Positions 28,436-36,252 of a DNA stretch of 64,000 nucleotides are shown here, in pieces. Source of the stretch: a virus; IMG/VR virus record IMGVR_UViG_3300042350_003685, positions 4,317-68,316 of that record. One strand, 5' to 3'. Under the pieces are notes generated by a model. It did not search any database, was not told the origin of the DNA, and saw only the letters and a list, made by a program, of their open reading frames with translations. Made by a program: the position numbers and the translations under genes. Position 1 is the stretch's first letter. Each line of letters opens with the position of its first letter.

Positions 28436-28828
28436 TCAACCTTGACCTGTGGAGCCAACAGGCACCCAGCCTATACGCAGCAGATCCTGCCGGACTTCAT
28501 CTGTGATTAGTCCTTCGCTGACAAAGTTATTATTATGGTCTTGTTCAGCCTCAGAATCACTCAACATCATGCCTCTGCGGATGCCCGAACAATACCAGTC
28601 TATGTAGTCACCTTCCTGACGAATATGAGCCACGATACCTCCAGCATACCGCCAGGTGCATCCCCAGGTTTGATCTTTTAGTATGGGCCAGACTTCATTG
28701 CGTTGGAACTCATTGTTGCACAGAGCCGCATAGAAGTTCTGAGCATAGGAAGTATTGCTGCGAATCTTGGCACAGATCCAGTCACAGCCTTCAACATCAT
28801 ACTCAAGATTAGGATATTCAGATTCCAT
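28436..28828 (-). CDS. Conserved phage hypothetical protein (YAQN.YAALCNN...WRYAGGIVA...GDYIDWYCSG)
   Basis: Motif; immediately downstream of the tRNA. Confidence 0.75.
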   Translation of the reverse strand: MESEYPNLEYDVEGCDWICAKIRSNTSYAQNFYAALCNNEFQRNEVWPILKDQTWGCTWRYAGGIVAHIRQEGDYIDWYCSGIRRGMMLSDSEAEQDHNNNFVSEGLITDEVRQDLLRIGWVPVGSTGQG

Positions 28829-28834
28829 GATGTT

Positions 28835-28911
28835 TGGTGGGCCGGGAGAGATTCGAACTCTCTATCCCCCGATTATGAGTCGGACGCATATACCTAATAT
28901 GCTTCCGGCCC
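28835..28911 (-). tRNA. tRNA with CAT anticodon, probably tRNA-Ile2 (lysidine type)
   Basis: Cloverleaf: GGGCCGG/CCGGCCC acceptor stem, A73, encoded CCA, TTCGAAT T-loop, CTCATAA anticodon loop. C4:G69 and C29:G41 favour Ile over Met. Confidence 0.9.
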
Positions 28912-29168
28912 TAACTCCATTTAAGAGCAAACAGTGTGGCAATGGTTGGATTTTTAAAATACACCGACCAGTTGCTGATTATGTAGTCTATTTTAACACT
29001 TTGTCCATGATCGTTCAACCAGTAATGGACATCATCCAAATTGTATGGTTCAATACTCATGCGCATGGGCACAACATGCACAAAGCCCTGCTCGGCCAAT
29101 CTCACTGGATAAGGCCTGCTTAATGGATTGCTGTGATCAAGTCGGCTAGATTTGGTCACTAGTTCCAC
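28911..29168 (-). CDS. 'L(R/K)WS' array member 6
   Basis: C-terminus YFKNPTIATLFALKWS; stop codon overlaps tRNA base 1; start uncertain. Confidence 0.65.
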   Translation of the reverse strand: MELVTKSSRLDHSNPLSRPYPVRLAEQGFVHVVPMRMSIEPYNLDDVHYWLNDHGQSVKIDYIISNWSVYFKNPTIATLFALKWS

Positions 29169-29473
29169 ATTATAGCAATATGACTCGCATAGATTGCGTA
29201 TTTTTTACGCATGCGAATTGTCAAACGATTTTCTGCTGCATCATTATTGGCCATGTACCACTGCCAGTCTGGTCCTTGGCGGCCTATCCATTGTTCCATG
29301 AACGGACGATAGTGATCATTTGGATCTGCACTGGGCACTTCAACACGTCTAGCACCAACATCATACCACCTTGGATCCGCGTATCCCACCGCTATAGGAC
29401 CCGAAGGCCATTTTACATTGACTTCGATCCAGGGAACAAAGAACCACCATATTTTTTCTAACTTACTTAACAT
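29159..29473 (-). CDS. 'L(R/K)WS' array member 5 (divergent end, IMWN)
   Basis: ATG lies within the conserved junction 29471-29484. Confidence 0.65.
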   Translation of the reverse strand: MLSKLEKIWWFFVPWIEVNVKWPSGPIAVGYADPRWYDVGARRVEVPSADPNDHYRPFMEQWIGRQGPDWQWYMANNDAAENRLTIRMRKKYAIYASHIAIMWN

Positions 29474-29769
29474 GACCACCTCAACAACCACCAAGTCATT
29501 TCTTGCCGATCACTGAATCCCCACCACTCTTCTTTGTCACTGGCGCTGTAACAGGACATACCACTGGCACAATTCCGTCTACACCATGCCCAAAACTTGG
29601 TTTTGGTTTCATTAGCGATAGATACTCTAATTGGAGATACTGACACAAACCACTGACAGCGAATTCCTGAGCTGTGCTCATAGGCCCATAGACCACTGCC
29701 GGGGTCTCCCAGCCCGGGCTTTACTGCGTTCCAATGTTTGATAAATTGTTCGCGATCTAATACTGTCAC
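29467..29769 (-). CDS. 'L(R/K)WS' array member 4
   Basis: AWC...WWGFSDRQEMTWWLLRWSC. Confidence 0.7.
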   Translation of the reverse strand: MTVLDREQFIKHWNAVKPGLGDPGSGLWAYEHSSGIRCQWFVSVSPIRVSIANETKTKFWAWCRRNCASGMSCYSASDKEEWWGFSDRQEMTWWLLRWSC

Positions 29770-30035
29770 GACCACCTCAATGCAAACTCCATGGCATCAA
29801 GCGAATGCCTAAAGTGCCATTTCACTGCAAACTGCCAGTTGTCAAGATCCAACTCATTGGTATCAAATTCTTCATGCCATGCTGCATCGTTTCTATTTTG
29901 AGGCTGCAATCGGCCTATGCCGTAACGATTGGCTAGATACTCCCAGGCTTCAACATATGAACCATAGTCGCGAAAACGACTTATCACAAGGTAAGGATAT
30001 TGACGTCTAAGTCGTCTACGTTGTCTGGCGTTCAC
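29766..30035 (-). CDS. 'L(R/K)WS' array member 3
   Basis: WHFRHSLDAMEFALRWS; GTGA overlap. Confidence 0.7.
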   Translation of the reverse strand: MNARQRRRLRRQYPYLVISRFRDYGSYVEAWEYLANRYGIGRLQPQNRNDAAWHEEFDTNELDLDNWQFAVKWHFRHSLDAMEFALRWS

Positions 30036-30214
30036 GACCACCTCAACAAGTATAACAGATAATCTGATTGATTACGAAAACAAACATAGCCACGATTACG
30101 CCACCATGGCCGTCCCGGAGCGTAGCCAGTGTCTTCGCTTGTGTGGCCAAAAGTTTTCTTGCACCACTCAATTCTGGCGTATGCTTCTGGCATCTTGGCT
30201 CGATAATAGGTCAT
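30032..30214 (-). CDS. 'L(R/K)WS' array member 2
   Basis: EWC...FG...CFRNQSDYLLYLLRWS; ATGA overlap. Confidence 0.7.
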   Translation of the reverse strand: MTYYRAKMPEAYARIEWCKKTFGHTSEDTGYAPGRPWWRNRGYVCFRNQSDYLLYLLRWS

Positions 30215-30429
30215 GACCACTTCAACAAAAACACAGCGATTTCTTTTTCATTACGAAAACGAAACTGATCAAATGAAGTTCGAACACCACAATTATTTTC
30301 TCTACACCAGGCGGCCACAGGCTCTAGGTGTTCATCGCGTAGTCCAGTGGGGGTCACAGCGCCATGATCATAGGCCATTCTAGCACACAGATAGAACGGA
30401 CGCGAGTGTCTTTCCCAAACTAATTTCAC
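30211..30429 (-). CDS. 'L(R/K)WS' array member 1
   Basis: AWC...FRFRNEKEIAVFLLKWS. Confidence 0.7.
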   Translation of the reverse strand: MKLVWERHSRPFYLCARMAYDHGAVTPTGLRDEHLEPVAAWCRENNCGVRTSFDQFRFRNEKEIAVFLLKWS

Positions 30430-30830
30430 AAATTCACTGCTTCCTTATGCACTGCAAATCTATACAGTGCATTACATTCCCAAAGGAATTGTTGACCAAC
30501 ATCCATGCTGACATAATCTACGCCTTGCATGCCCTGCTCGGTATATGAAACATCAAGTATGGCGTCGGGACTGAGACCAAAATGATTCTCCATACAGGTA
30601 AGGAATGAGTGTTTCCAGCCCATGTCCGAATATATCAATCCATCGTTGTCAACGTCCCATTCCTTAGGCTCAAAGTAAGCTCTAAGCTCACCATACTCAC
30701 CGTTGTCGCTGACATAAGCCAGGGCCACACGATGAATTTTTACGGTCTTGATCTGGTTAGACCAGTAGCCGTCGCCGCTGGTCCGGGTGATAAAATTTAC
30801 CAAACAATCAAATTTCATTGTATAATCCAA
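30426..30830 (-). CDS. Conserved phage hypothetical protein (GDGYWS...GELR.YF....W....GLIY.D...YTEQGMQG.DYVS.DV)
   Basis: Motif; start probably the ATG at about 30818. Confidence 0.7.
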   Translation of the reverse strand: MDYTMKFDCLVNFITRTSGDGYWSNQIKTVKIHRVALAYVSDNGEYGELRAYFEPKEWDVDNDGLIYSDMGWKHSFLTCMENHFGLSPDAILDVSYTEQGMQGVDYVSMDVGQQFLWECNALYRFAVHKEAVNL

Positions 30831-30883
30831 ACAATAATTGCCAAGGTTATCATGAACCAGAACACTATAGTATCTCCACTATA

Positions 30884-31042
30884 TCATGTATGGTCAGCTA
30901 CTTCGCATTCAATGATCCAGTTGCGGAACTCGGTGAATTTGTCAACTTCTACACCTAGGCTTACCGCTTGATTTACAAAGTGTTGAAGCAGTGTGTTATA
31001 CAGCTCGTCCGGCATGGTGTCTTTGTCAAATTGAATTTTCAT
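30884..31042 (-). CDS. Small hypothetical protein
   Basis: MKIQFDKDTMPDELYN...; GGAGG RBS; ATGA coupling. Confidence 0.6.
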   Translation of the reverse strand: MKIQFDKDTMPDELYNTLLQHFVNQAVSLGVEVDKFTEFRNWIIECEVADHT

Positions 31043-31191
31043 GTGGTTGCCTCCAACTCTTGAATTTGCTTCCAAAGTTTACTACGCTGCTCGTCAATTT
31101 TGGAATTGGTCTCTTCGTCGAAACATCCTGCCTGCTCATCAAGATGAACCAGTTCGTTGTACAGCACATCTAGTATATATTGGTCAGCCAT
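31039..31191 (-). CDS. Small hypothetical protein (50 aa)
   Basis: MADQYILDVLYNEL...; AGGAG RBS. Confidence 0.6.
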   Translation of the reverse strand: MADQYILDVLYNELVHLDEQAGCFDEETNSKIDEQRSKLWKQIQELEATT

Positions 31192-31199
31192 GCTATCTC

Positions 31200-31388
31200 C
31201 TAGGTGCCTGTCATTTCTTTGTGGCGTTTGAGAAACTCTTTACGGTGCTCTTCGCGGATCTTAACAGGATCCAAAGGCTCTGGAATACCAAAGATCTCTT
31301 CACGGCAGCGACGTGGGCTGATCACACCAACGATTATGACTATGATACCCATGAGCACCATCTTGAGTCGGTCGGTTATGAATTTCAT
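31200..31388 (-). CDS. Small membrane-anchored protein
   Basis: One TM segment. Confidence 0.55.
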   Translation of the reverse strand: MKFITDRLKMVLMGIIVIIVGVISPRRCREEIFGIPEPLDPVKIREEHRKEFLKRHKEMTGT

Positions 31389-31390
31389 GA

Positions 31391-31663
31391 TTATTTCTGA
31401 TCCATGATATAAGTGAACAGCACAAACTTGGCACGGTTAAGCTGTTGGCGAGCATCTTCGGCTCGCATGAAGTCAACTTCACCGTACTCGGTGTTAACCA
31501 TTTCTTGTGCATCGGACATCATGCTGGCAACAACCATAGCGGGGCCAGAGAGCTTGAACGTGATGCTGGATTCGACTGCTTCGCGCATCTGCGCTTCGGT
31601 GCAGCCGTACATTGAAACTTCGCGGATTTCTTGGGTAGTAAGACCTTGGAATGCTGTTCTCAT
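31391..31663 (-). CDS. Early hypothetical protein
   Basis: AAGGAG RBS; promoter TTGACC-N17-TATAAT at 31694-31722. Confidence 0.75.
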   Translation of the reverse strand: MRTAFQGLTTQEIREVSMYGCTEAQMREAVESSITFKLSGPAMVVASMMSDAQEMVNTEYGEVDFMRAEDARQQLNRAKFVLFTYIMDQK

Positions 31664-31726
31664 TTGCTGCTCCTTGTTGTTTAGTGTTCTTGTATTATAG
31701 GCAAATTAGGAATTTTGGTCAAATCT

Positions 31727-32056
31727 TTATTTTTTCTTGTTTTTTTGCTTTTTGTTAACTGTTGCAACTTCTTTAACTTTTGTTGCATTTTTCATAATAT
31801 GGAACAAATCTGTTGCTTTTTTAAAATTGAAATTAGGGTGCCGGTACATGTAGTCTATTTTGCGTTCTAAAACTTGCAAAACTTCTAACAAGTCCATTTT
31901 TGTTGCGAAATCGCTAGCCATTAGTATGTTGTTAATATCATGCTTGTCTAGCATGTATTCTACCCATTTTGTTGTGGCAGGTATCTTGTAATATTGTACA
32001 ATTGCTTTTTTGTTATTGGTTACATTGTACTTGGCGATATAACTGTGTGCAAACAT
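31727..32056 (-). CDS. AT-rich basic early hypothetical protein
   Basis: GGAG RBS; promoter TTGACT-N17-TATAAT at 32083-32111. Confidence 0.7.
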   Translation of the reverse strand: MFAHSYIAKYNVTNNKKAIVQYYKIPATTKWVEYMLDKHDINNILMASDFATKMDLLEVLQVLERKIDYMYRHPNFNFKKATDLFHIMKNATKVKEVATVNKKQKNKKK

Positions 32057-32139
32057 ATACGCTCCGGTTTATGTAATCACACATTATACGAAAACGGTGA
32101 TTTATAGTCAACCGTTTTCGTTTTTGTGACAACCATGCA

Positions 32140-33315
32140 CTATAGCAACACAGTGTGCCGCCAATAATCGCTGGCCGCTGCTACCCCGCTGCCTGGTTCC
32201 ACATTGATGCCACAGTCCTGCATGGCCATTTCTGCACCCGAGATCGCTGCCATGAGATGTATTTCATTCATGTCACCCAGGTGCCCAATGCGGAATAGCT
32301 TGCCAGCGACCTTGCTCAACCCTGCTCCCAGTGACAGATTGTACCTGGTATAGGCTCTGCGGATCACATCTGCCCCGTTGATGCCTTCGGGTACCATGAT
32401 TGCAGACACAGTGTTGGAGTACCACTCTGGAGATCGAGCGCAGAGCTCTAGACCCCATCCCTTTTGAACAGCAGCCCGAACACCTTCGGCAAGGAAAGCA
32501 TGGCGACGAATAATGTTATCCAGGCCTTCTTCGTCTATCATCTTTAGCGACTCAATCAAGCCATACAACAAACTCAGTGCTGGTGTGTAAGGATAATATC
32601 CGGTGCTGTTGCTGTTAAGCATATCGTTTAGATCAAAATATGCTCGCTTGAGTTTGGCAGTATGGCGTAGTTCCAATGCCTTTGGGCTAGCACACAGGAT
32701 GCCTAGACCAGCTGGCAGCATAAGACCTTTTTGTGATCCTGATACTGCCATGTCCACACCCCATTGATCGAATCTTAGGTCAATTGACGCCAGACTACTC
32801 ACACAGTCCACAAACAGTAGAGCAGGGTGGTTGGTGCTAGCCAATGCGTTTCTAACCGCAGCCACATCTGATGTAACACCAGTGGCAGTTTCATTATGGC
32901 ATACTAGCACTGCCTTATAGGCGTGTGTGGTGTCGGCCGCTAGTCGTTGTTGATATGTGTCAACAGGAACACCAGTACCCCATTCACAATCTACTACATC
33001 TACTTCTAGCCCAAGTCGGACGCACATGTCAATCCAGAGATGACTGAATTGACCAAATCTAGCGGCCAGCACTCGATCACCCGGGCTTAGTGTGTTTGTT
33101 ATGGCTGCTTCCCAACAGCCGGTGCCTGAACTGGGAAACACAAATGGTGTGCCTAATTCAGTCTTGAACACTCGTTTGAGTCCGGTAGTGATTTGATGAG
33201 TAATACTAGGGAAGTCGGGCGATCTATGGTCCTCCATTGATACAACCATAGCCCGTTGTACGCGATCAGGAACGTTGGTAGGTCCAGGTACAAATAAAAA
33301 GTTACGTCCAGCCAT
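32140..33315 (-). CDS. sgaA: Serine-glyoxylate aminotransferase (class V PLP enzyme)
   Basis: GRNFLFVPGPTNVPDRV.RAM...EDHRS.DFP, SGTG.WE, RFGQFSHLW, HNETATGVTSD and SGSQKGLMLPAGLG (PLP lysine); resembles methylotroph SgaA. Confidence 0.85.
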   Translation of the reverse strand: MAGRNFLFVPGPTNVPDRVQRAMVVSMEDHRSPDFPSITHQITTGLKRVFKTELGTPFVFPSSGTGCWEAAITNTLSPGDRVLAARFGQFSHLWIDMCVRLGLEVDVVDCEWGTGVPVDTYQQRLAADTTHAYKAVLVCHNETATGVTSDVAAVRNALASTNHPALLFVDCVSSLASIDLRFDQWGVDMAVSGSQKGLMLPAGLGILCASPKALELRHTAKLKRAYFDLNDMLNSNSTGYYPYTPALSLLYGLIESLKMIDEEGLDNIIRRHAFLAEGVRAAVQKGWGLELCARSPEWYSNTVSAIMVPEGINGADVIRRAYTRYNLSLGAGLSKVAGKLFRIGHLGDMNEIHLMAAISGAEMAMQDCGINVEPGSGVAAASDYWRHTVLL

Positions 33316-33422
33316 GTTTTTTCCTTTCAAAAAAAGGCCAGTACATGGCTGGTTTGTTTTTATAGGTCGTCCTATACCATGTTAGGTTAGGCAATTATAC
33401 ACAGAGTCTTGACGTAAGTCAA
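33308..33422 (-). promoter_or_regulatory. sgaA promoter and structured 5' leader
   Basis: TTGACT-N17-TATAAT at 33394-33422; 10-bp inverted repeat 33308-33317/33343-33352 covering the ATG; TATAGG/CCTATA hairpin at 33361-33376. Confidence 0.7.
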
Positions 33423-33438
33423 GGTCTAGGGTTGCCTT

Positions 33439-34149
33439 TTACCATGCATCAGGCCAAGCTGCCACTCTGTTCAAACTGGTAAAATTAGTTACCATTTTTT
33501 TAGCAGCTTCGCTGAAGCCACGCTTGTGATAGTATATTTGCGCCAGTTCTGTGATCGCTTCTAGATCGGATCTTTCACCAACACTGGCTATCGTGGCCAC
33601 AGTCAAGGGTCTGCCACGCAGAGAAGCAAAACCAAAGTCCCAAAAGTTTTGAATGATTTCTCGTCTGTTGGTTATTTTCTTACCAGACTTCACACTGTAT
33701 ACACCTTGGTGTTTGGCAAGAGCAAAACATCTCTTCCAAGTCAACAGTTGAGTCACAGCGCCCTGACTGCTGCGTTCAGAATATGGCCTCAAACGACTGA
33801 TGCCCTTGTGATCGCCCCACTCTTCAAATTCTTCTCGCCACTCATCAGAATATAGATTTTTAGCAATTGATACCACGTCAGTGGTAGCAGCACCCAAAAA
33901 CTGTATCTTGTGGTCGGTAAAAACCACATAGCTTTGTTGAAATTTTTCGCCTAATTTCAGTAGATTGTCAAGGTTCTCCGAACTTTCGCGGTTTGCCTGT
34001 TGACCAAGAGTAAACACAGTGAGCTGATCTGCTTCACGATTGTTTTGCCTACTCCATCCATATCGATCACGTTTGCCCACTGCCAATCTATAATTGGCTT
34101 GATTCACTGCATAGATGGTTTGATATTGCAACATAAAGACTCCCGACAA
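33439..34149 (-). CDS. Hypothetical protein
   Basis: 236-aa ORF behind TTGACA-N17-TATACT at 34163-34191. Confidence 0.7.
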   Translation of the reverse strand: MSGVFMLQYQTIYAVNQANYRLAVGKRDRYGWSRQNNREADQLTVFTLGQQANRESSENLDNLLKLGEKFQQSYVVFTDHKIQFLGAATTDVVSIAKNLYSDEWREEFEEWGDHKGISRLRPYSERSSQGAVTQLLTWKRCFALAKHQGVYSVKSGKKITNRREIIQNFWDFGFASLRGRPLTVATIASVGERSDLEAITELAQIYYHKRGFSEAAKKMVTNFTSLNRVAAWPDAW

Positions 34150-34187
34150 TGGCGTTCAGATCAGTATACAGCTCTAGACATTTTTTG

Positions 34188-34367
34188 TCAATTGTGTTGT
34201 CCCCATTTCACTCGCAACCAGGCTCGTTCATGTACATAATGCAGAACGGTTAACACGATATTGGCCATGATTGCTCCACTCCAACCGGCCCAGATTGCTG
34301 TGACCAGTGTGGCAATGATTCGCCAACATACTGCCCTGGCTATGGTTCTTTTGTGCGATTCTAACAA
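34188..34367 (-). CDS. DUF2061-like small membrane protein (59 aa, TTG start)
   Basis: ESHKRTIARAVCWRIIAT...YVHERAW.RVKWG; GGAGG RBS. Confidence 0.75.
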   Translation of the reverse strand: MLESHKRTIARAVCWRIIATLVTAIWAGWSGAIMANIVLTVLHYVHERAWLRVKWGQHN

Positions 34368-34382
34368 TTTTTTACCTCCATT

Positions 34383-34404
34383 AAAAAGCCCCTTTTCGGG
34401 GCTT
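34383..34404 (-). terminator. Rho-independent terminator
   Basis: AAGCCCC-GAAAA-GGGGCTT then TTT. Confidence 0.75.
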
Positions 34405-34684
34405 ATTTTACTAGGCTCAAAATCCAGTTGGTCAGTATACGAATCTCTTCATCGGTAAGCGTGGGATGAGCAGGCATTTTTCCTTTGCCATTTCTTATCA
34501 CGTTTTTCACATGCTCAGGATCGTCTTTGTGTTTTTCTGCCACACGTGTCAGAGCAGGTGGGTAACTGATACCAATATGTTCAATGCTATGACAGCCCAA
34601 ACATGCTGATTTTTTAGCTAGTGATTCAGCCTCATTGGCTAGTACAGAACTGCTGAACAACATTAAAATTACAACGTACTTCAT
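34403..34684 (-). CDS. Class I cytochrome c (c551/c552-like)
   Basis: Signal peptide; CLGCH heme motif; distal Met in GKMP. Confidence 0.85.
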   Translation of the reverse strand: MKYVVILMLFSSSVLANEAESLAKKSACLGCHSIEHIGISYPPALTRVAEKHKDDPEHVKNVIRNGKGKMPAHPTLTDEEIRILTNWILSLVK

Positions 34685-35076
34685 TTGGTTAGTATTCCCA
34701 ACTGTCTATATCCACGACTGGTAGGATGCACTCGATCAGGTGCAAGTTCTGGTATTGTTATAAACGTATCACCAAACTGTTTGGCTATTTTTTTCACTAG
34801 ATCTTGCTTGTCTGATTTCACTGCTGGCACTATCCAGAACACCTGATCCGCTGCTACGTGAGTTCTCAATGCTATGAGTTCTACTTCGGTGTTAAGACTT
34901 TTGTAGTCATTGCTGCCCAGACTGATAATTGTGGTCCGGGCAGGCTTGACCTTTTTAATATAGATATTGTTCCAGTCTCGACTGTTTATGCCACTCTGTG
35001 CAAGAGTCACACATTCAGTCCTAACTTGACCAATGCCTTTGGCAATGCTATCACCTACTATCAAACAATCTAACAC
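34681..35076 (-). CDS. Minimal SGNH/GDSL hydrolase
   Basis: GDSIA, GSND and DRVHP motifs. Confidence 0.75.
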   Translation of the reverse strand: MLDCLIVGDSIAKGIGQVRTECVTLAQSGINSRDWNNIYIKKVKPARTTIISLGSNDYKSLNTEVELIALRTHVAADQVFWIVPAVKSDKQDLVKKIAKQFGDTFITIPELAPDRVHPTSRGYRQLGILTK

Positions 35077-35088
35077 ACAGTCCCCTGA

Positions 35089-35691
35089 TCAGGATAAAGC
35101 CAGTCTTGGTTGATCAGCAAAGTCTGCGATCAAGCTATTTATAGTGCTCAAAGGCACAGGAGTGCTGTGCAGATAGTTTTCATGATCAACACCCACAGTC
35201 AACCCAGTGGTCTGGTTCTGTAGAGCAGTGATCATGTCTGCTGTGAGCTCAAAACGCAGAAAGTGTACAGCCGAAGTCTTAACATCGTTGCTGCGATCAA
35301 GATCTTCGTCAGCCACTGCATACACAGGCTGGTGTCCTTCTACCTGCAGGAACACACGATCCTCGATACCACGCAACAGCGCCAGCTGGTAAGCTCTCAC
35401 TGTTGGGTCGCTATACTCAATGGTCATAGTGGCCTTGAGGTTTGAGCCTGTGGGAATCAAGGGATTGTAAGCATCAAGTTCATCTTGTATGCCTTGTTGA
35501 CTGAAAGTGCGCTCGATCAACAGCATCTCTTGAATTTGGTATTGTACAGTGACGCGATCCTCAAAATGCAGAGTGACGTTTGCCCCCAGCTGAAGCTGCC
35601 TTTGCTTACGATGTTGCACTGCCCGGAGTTTGAATTCCGGGCGGCGAGCACTATACTGTTCTAACGAATATAGGTCTTGTGAGGTAAGCAT
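35089..35691 (-). CDS. DUF3501 family protein
   Basis: FEDR.TV.YQIQEML.IER, ELDAYNPLIP and KTSAVHFLRFEL; follows rubrerythrin as in bacteria. Confidence 0.85.
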   Translation of the reverse strand: MLTSQDLYSLEQYSARRPEFKLRAVQHRKQRQLQLGANVTLHFEDRVTVQYQIQEMLLIERTFSQQGIQDELDAYNPLIPTGSNLKATMTIEYSDPTVRAYQLALLRGIEDRVFLQVEGHQPVYAVADEDLDRSNDVKTSAVHFLRFELTADMITALQNQTTGLTVGVDHENYLHSTPVPLSTINSLIADFADQPRLALS

Positions 35692-35692
35692 T

Positions 35693-36127
35693 TTAGGCGT
35701 TCTCTGAACGATATGCGTCTAGGGTTTTCTTGAACTTGCCAGCATGGCTACGTTCTGCTTTGGCCAAGGTATCAAACCAGTCAGCGATTTCATCAAAGCC
35801 TTCGTCACGTGCATCACGTGCCATGCCTGGGTACATGTCTGTGTACTCGTGCGTTTCGCCATGGATAGCACTTTCTAGAGCTTGCACAATGTCACCAGCT
35901 GGCAGGCCAGTTTCTGGATCACCTGAACCACCTGCGATCAAGTATTCCATGTGACCATGCGCATGACCTGTTTCACCCTCTGCGGTGTGACGGAAGATGT
36001 TGGCTACGTCAGTGGCACCTGCGATGTCAGCCATGTTTGCGAAATACAGATAGCGACGGTTAGCTTTGGATTCGCCTGCAAATGCATCCTTTAGATGCTG
36101 TTCGGTTTTGGTTCCTGTTACTTTCAT
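35693..36127 (-). CDS. Rubrerythrin, short aerobic type without rubredoxin domain
   Basis: [39 protein letters not shown] and AERSHA; AGGAG RBS. Confidence 0.92.
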   Translation of the reverse strand: MKVTGTKTEQHLKDAFAGESKANRRYLYFANMADIAGATDVANIFRHTAEGETGHAHGHMEYLIAGGSGDPETGLPAGDIVQALESAIHGETHEYTDMYPGMARDARDEGFDEIADWFDTLAKAERSHAGKFKKTLDAYRSENA

Positions 36128-36252
36128 TTGATTTCTCCTGTAAAAAAAATGTTGCATTGCAATTATACAGATTATATATCATAACTGCAATCTATTTTTT
36201 TAGGTTTTTCCATTGTATTTTTTAATGGAATCAATACAAGTATTAAATTGCA

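Noticed and set aside
27553-28439. Regularly spaced ~40-50 nt repeats that could suggest a CRISPR array
   Set aside because: The repeats are sigma70 promoter/RBS cassettes separated by 150-400 nt protein-coding genes; no cas genes or constant spacer length.
28835-28911. tRNA as a prophage or island attachment site
   Set aside because: No integrase and no duplicated tRNA 3' end were seen in the window.
32140-36127. Host chromosomal contamination suggested by bacterial-type genes (sgaA, rbr, cytochrome c)
   Set aside because: The genes are interleaved with phage-type small ORFs and share the same promoter style; capture as auxiliary genes is more parsimonious, although read coverage was not checked.
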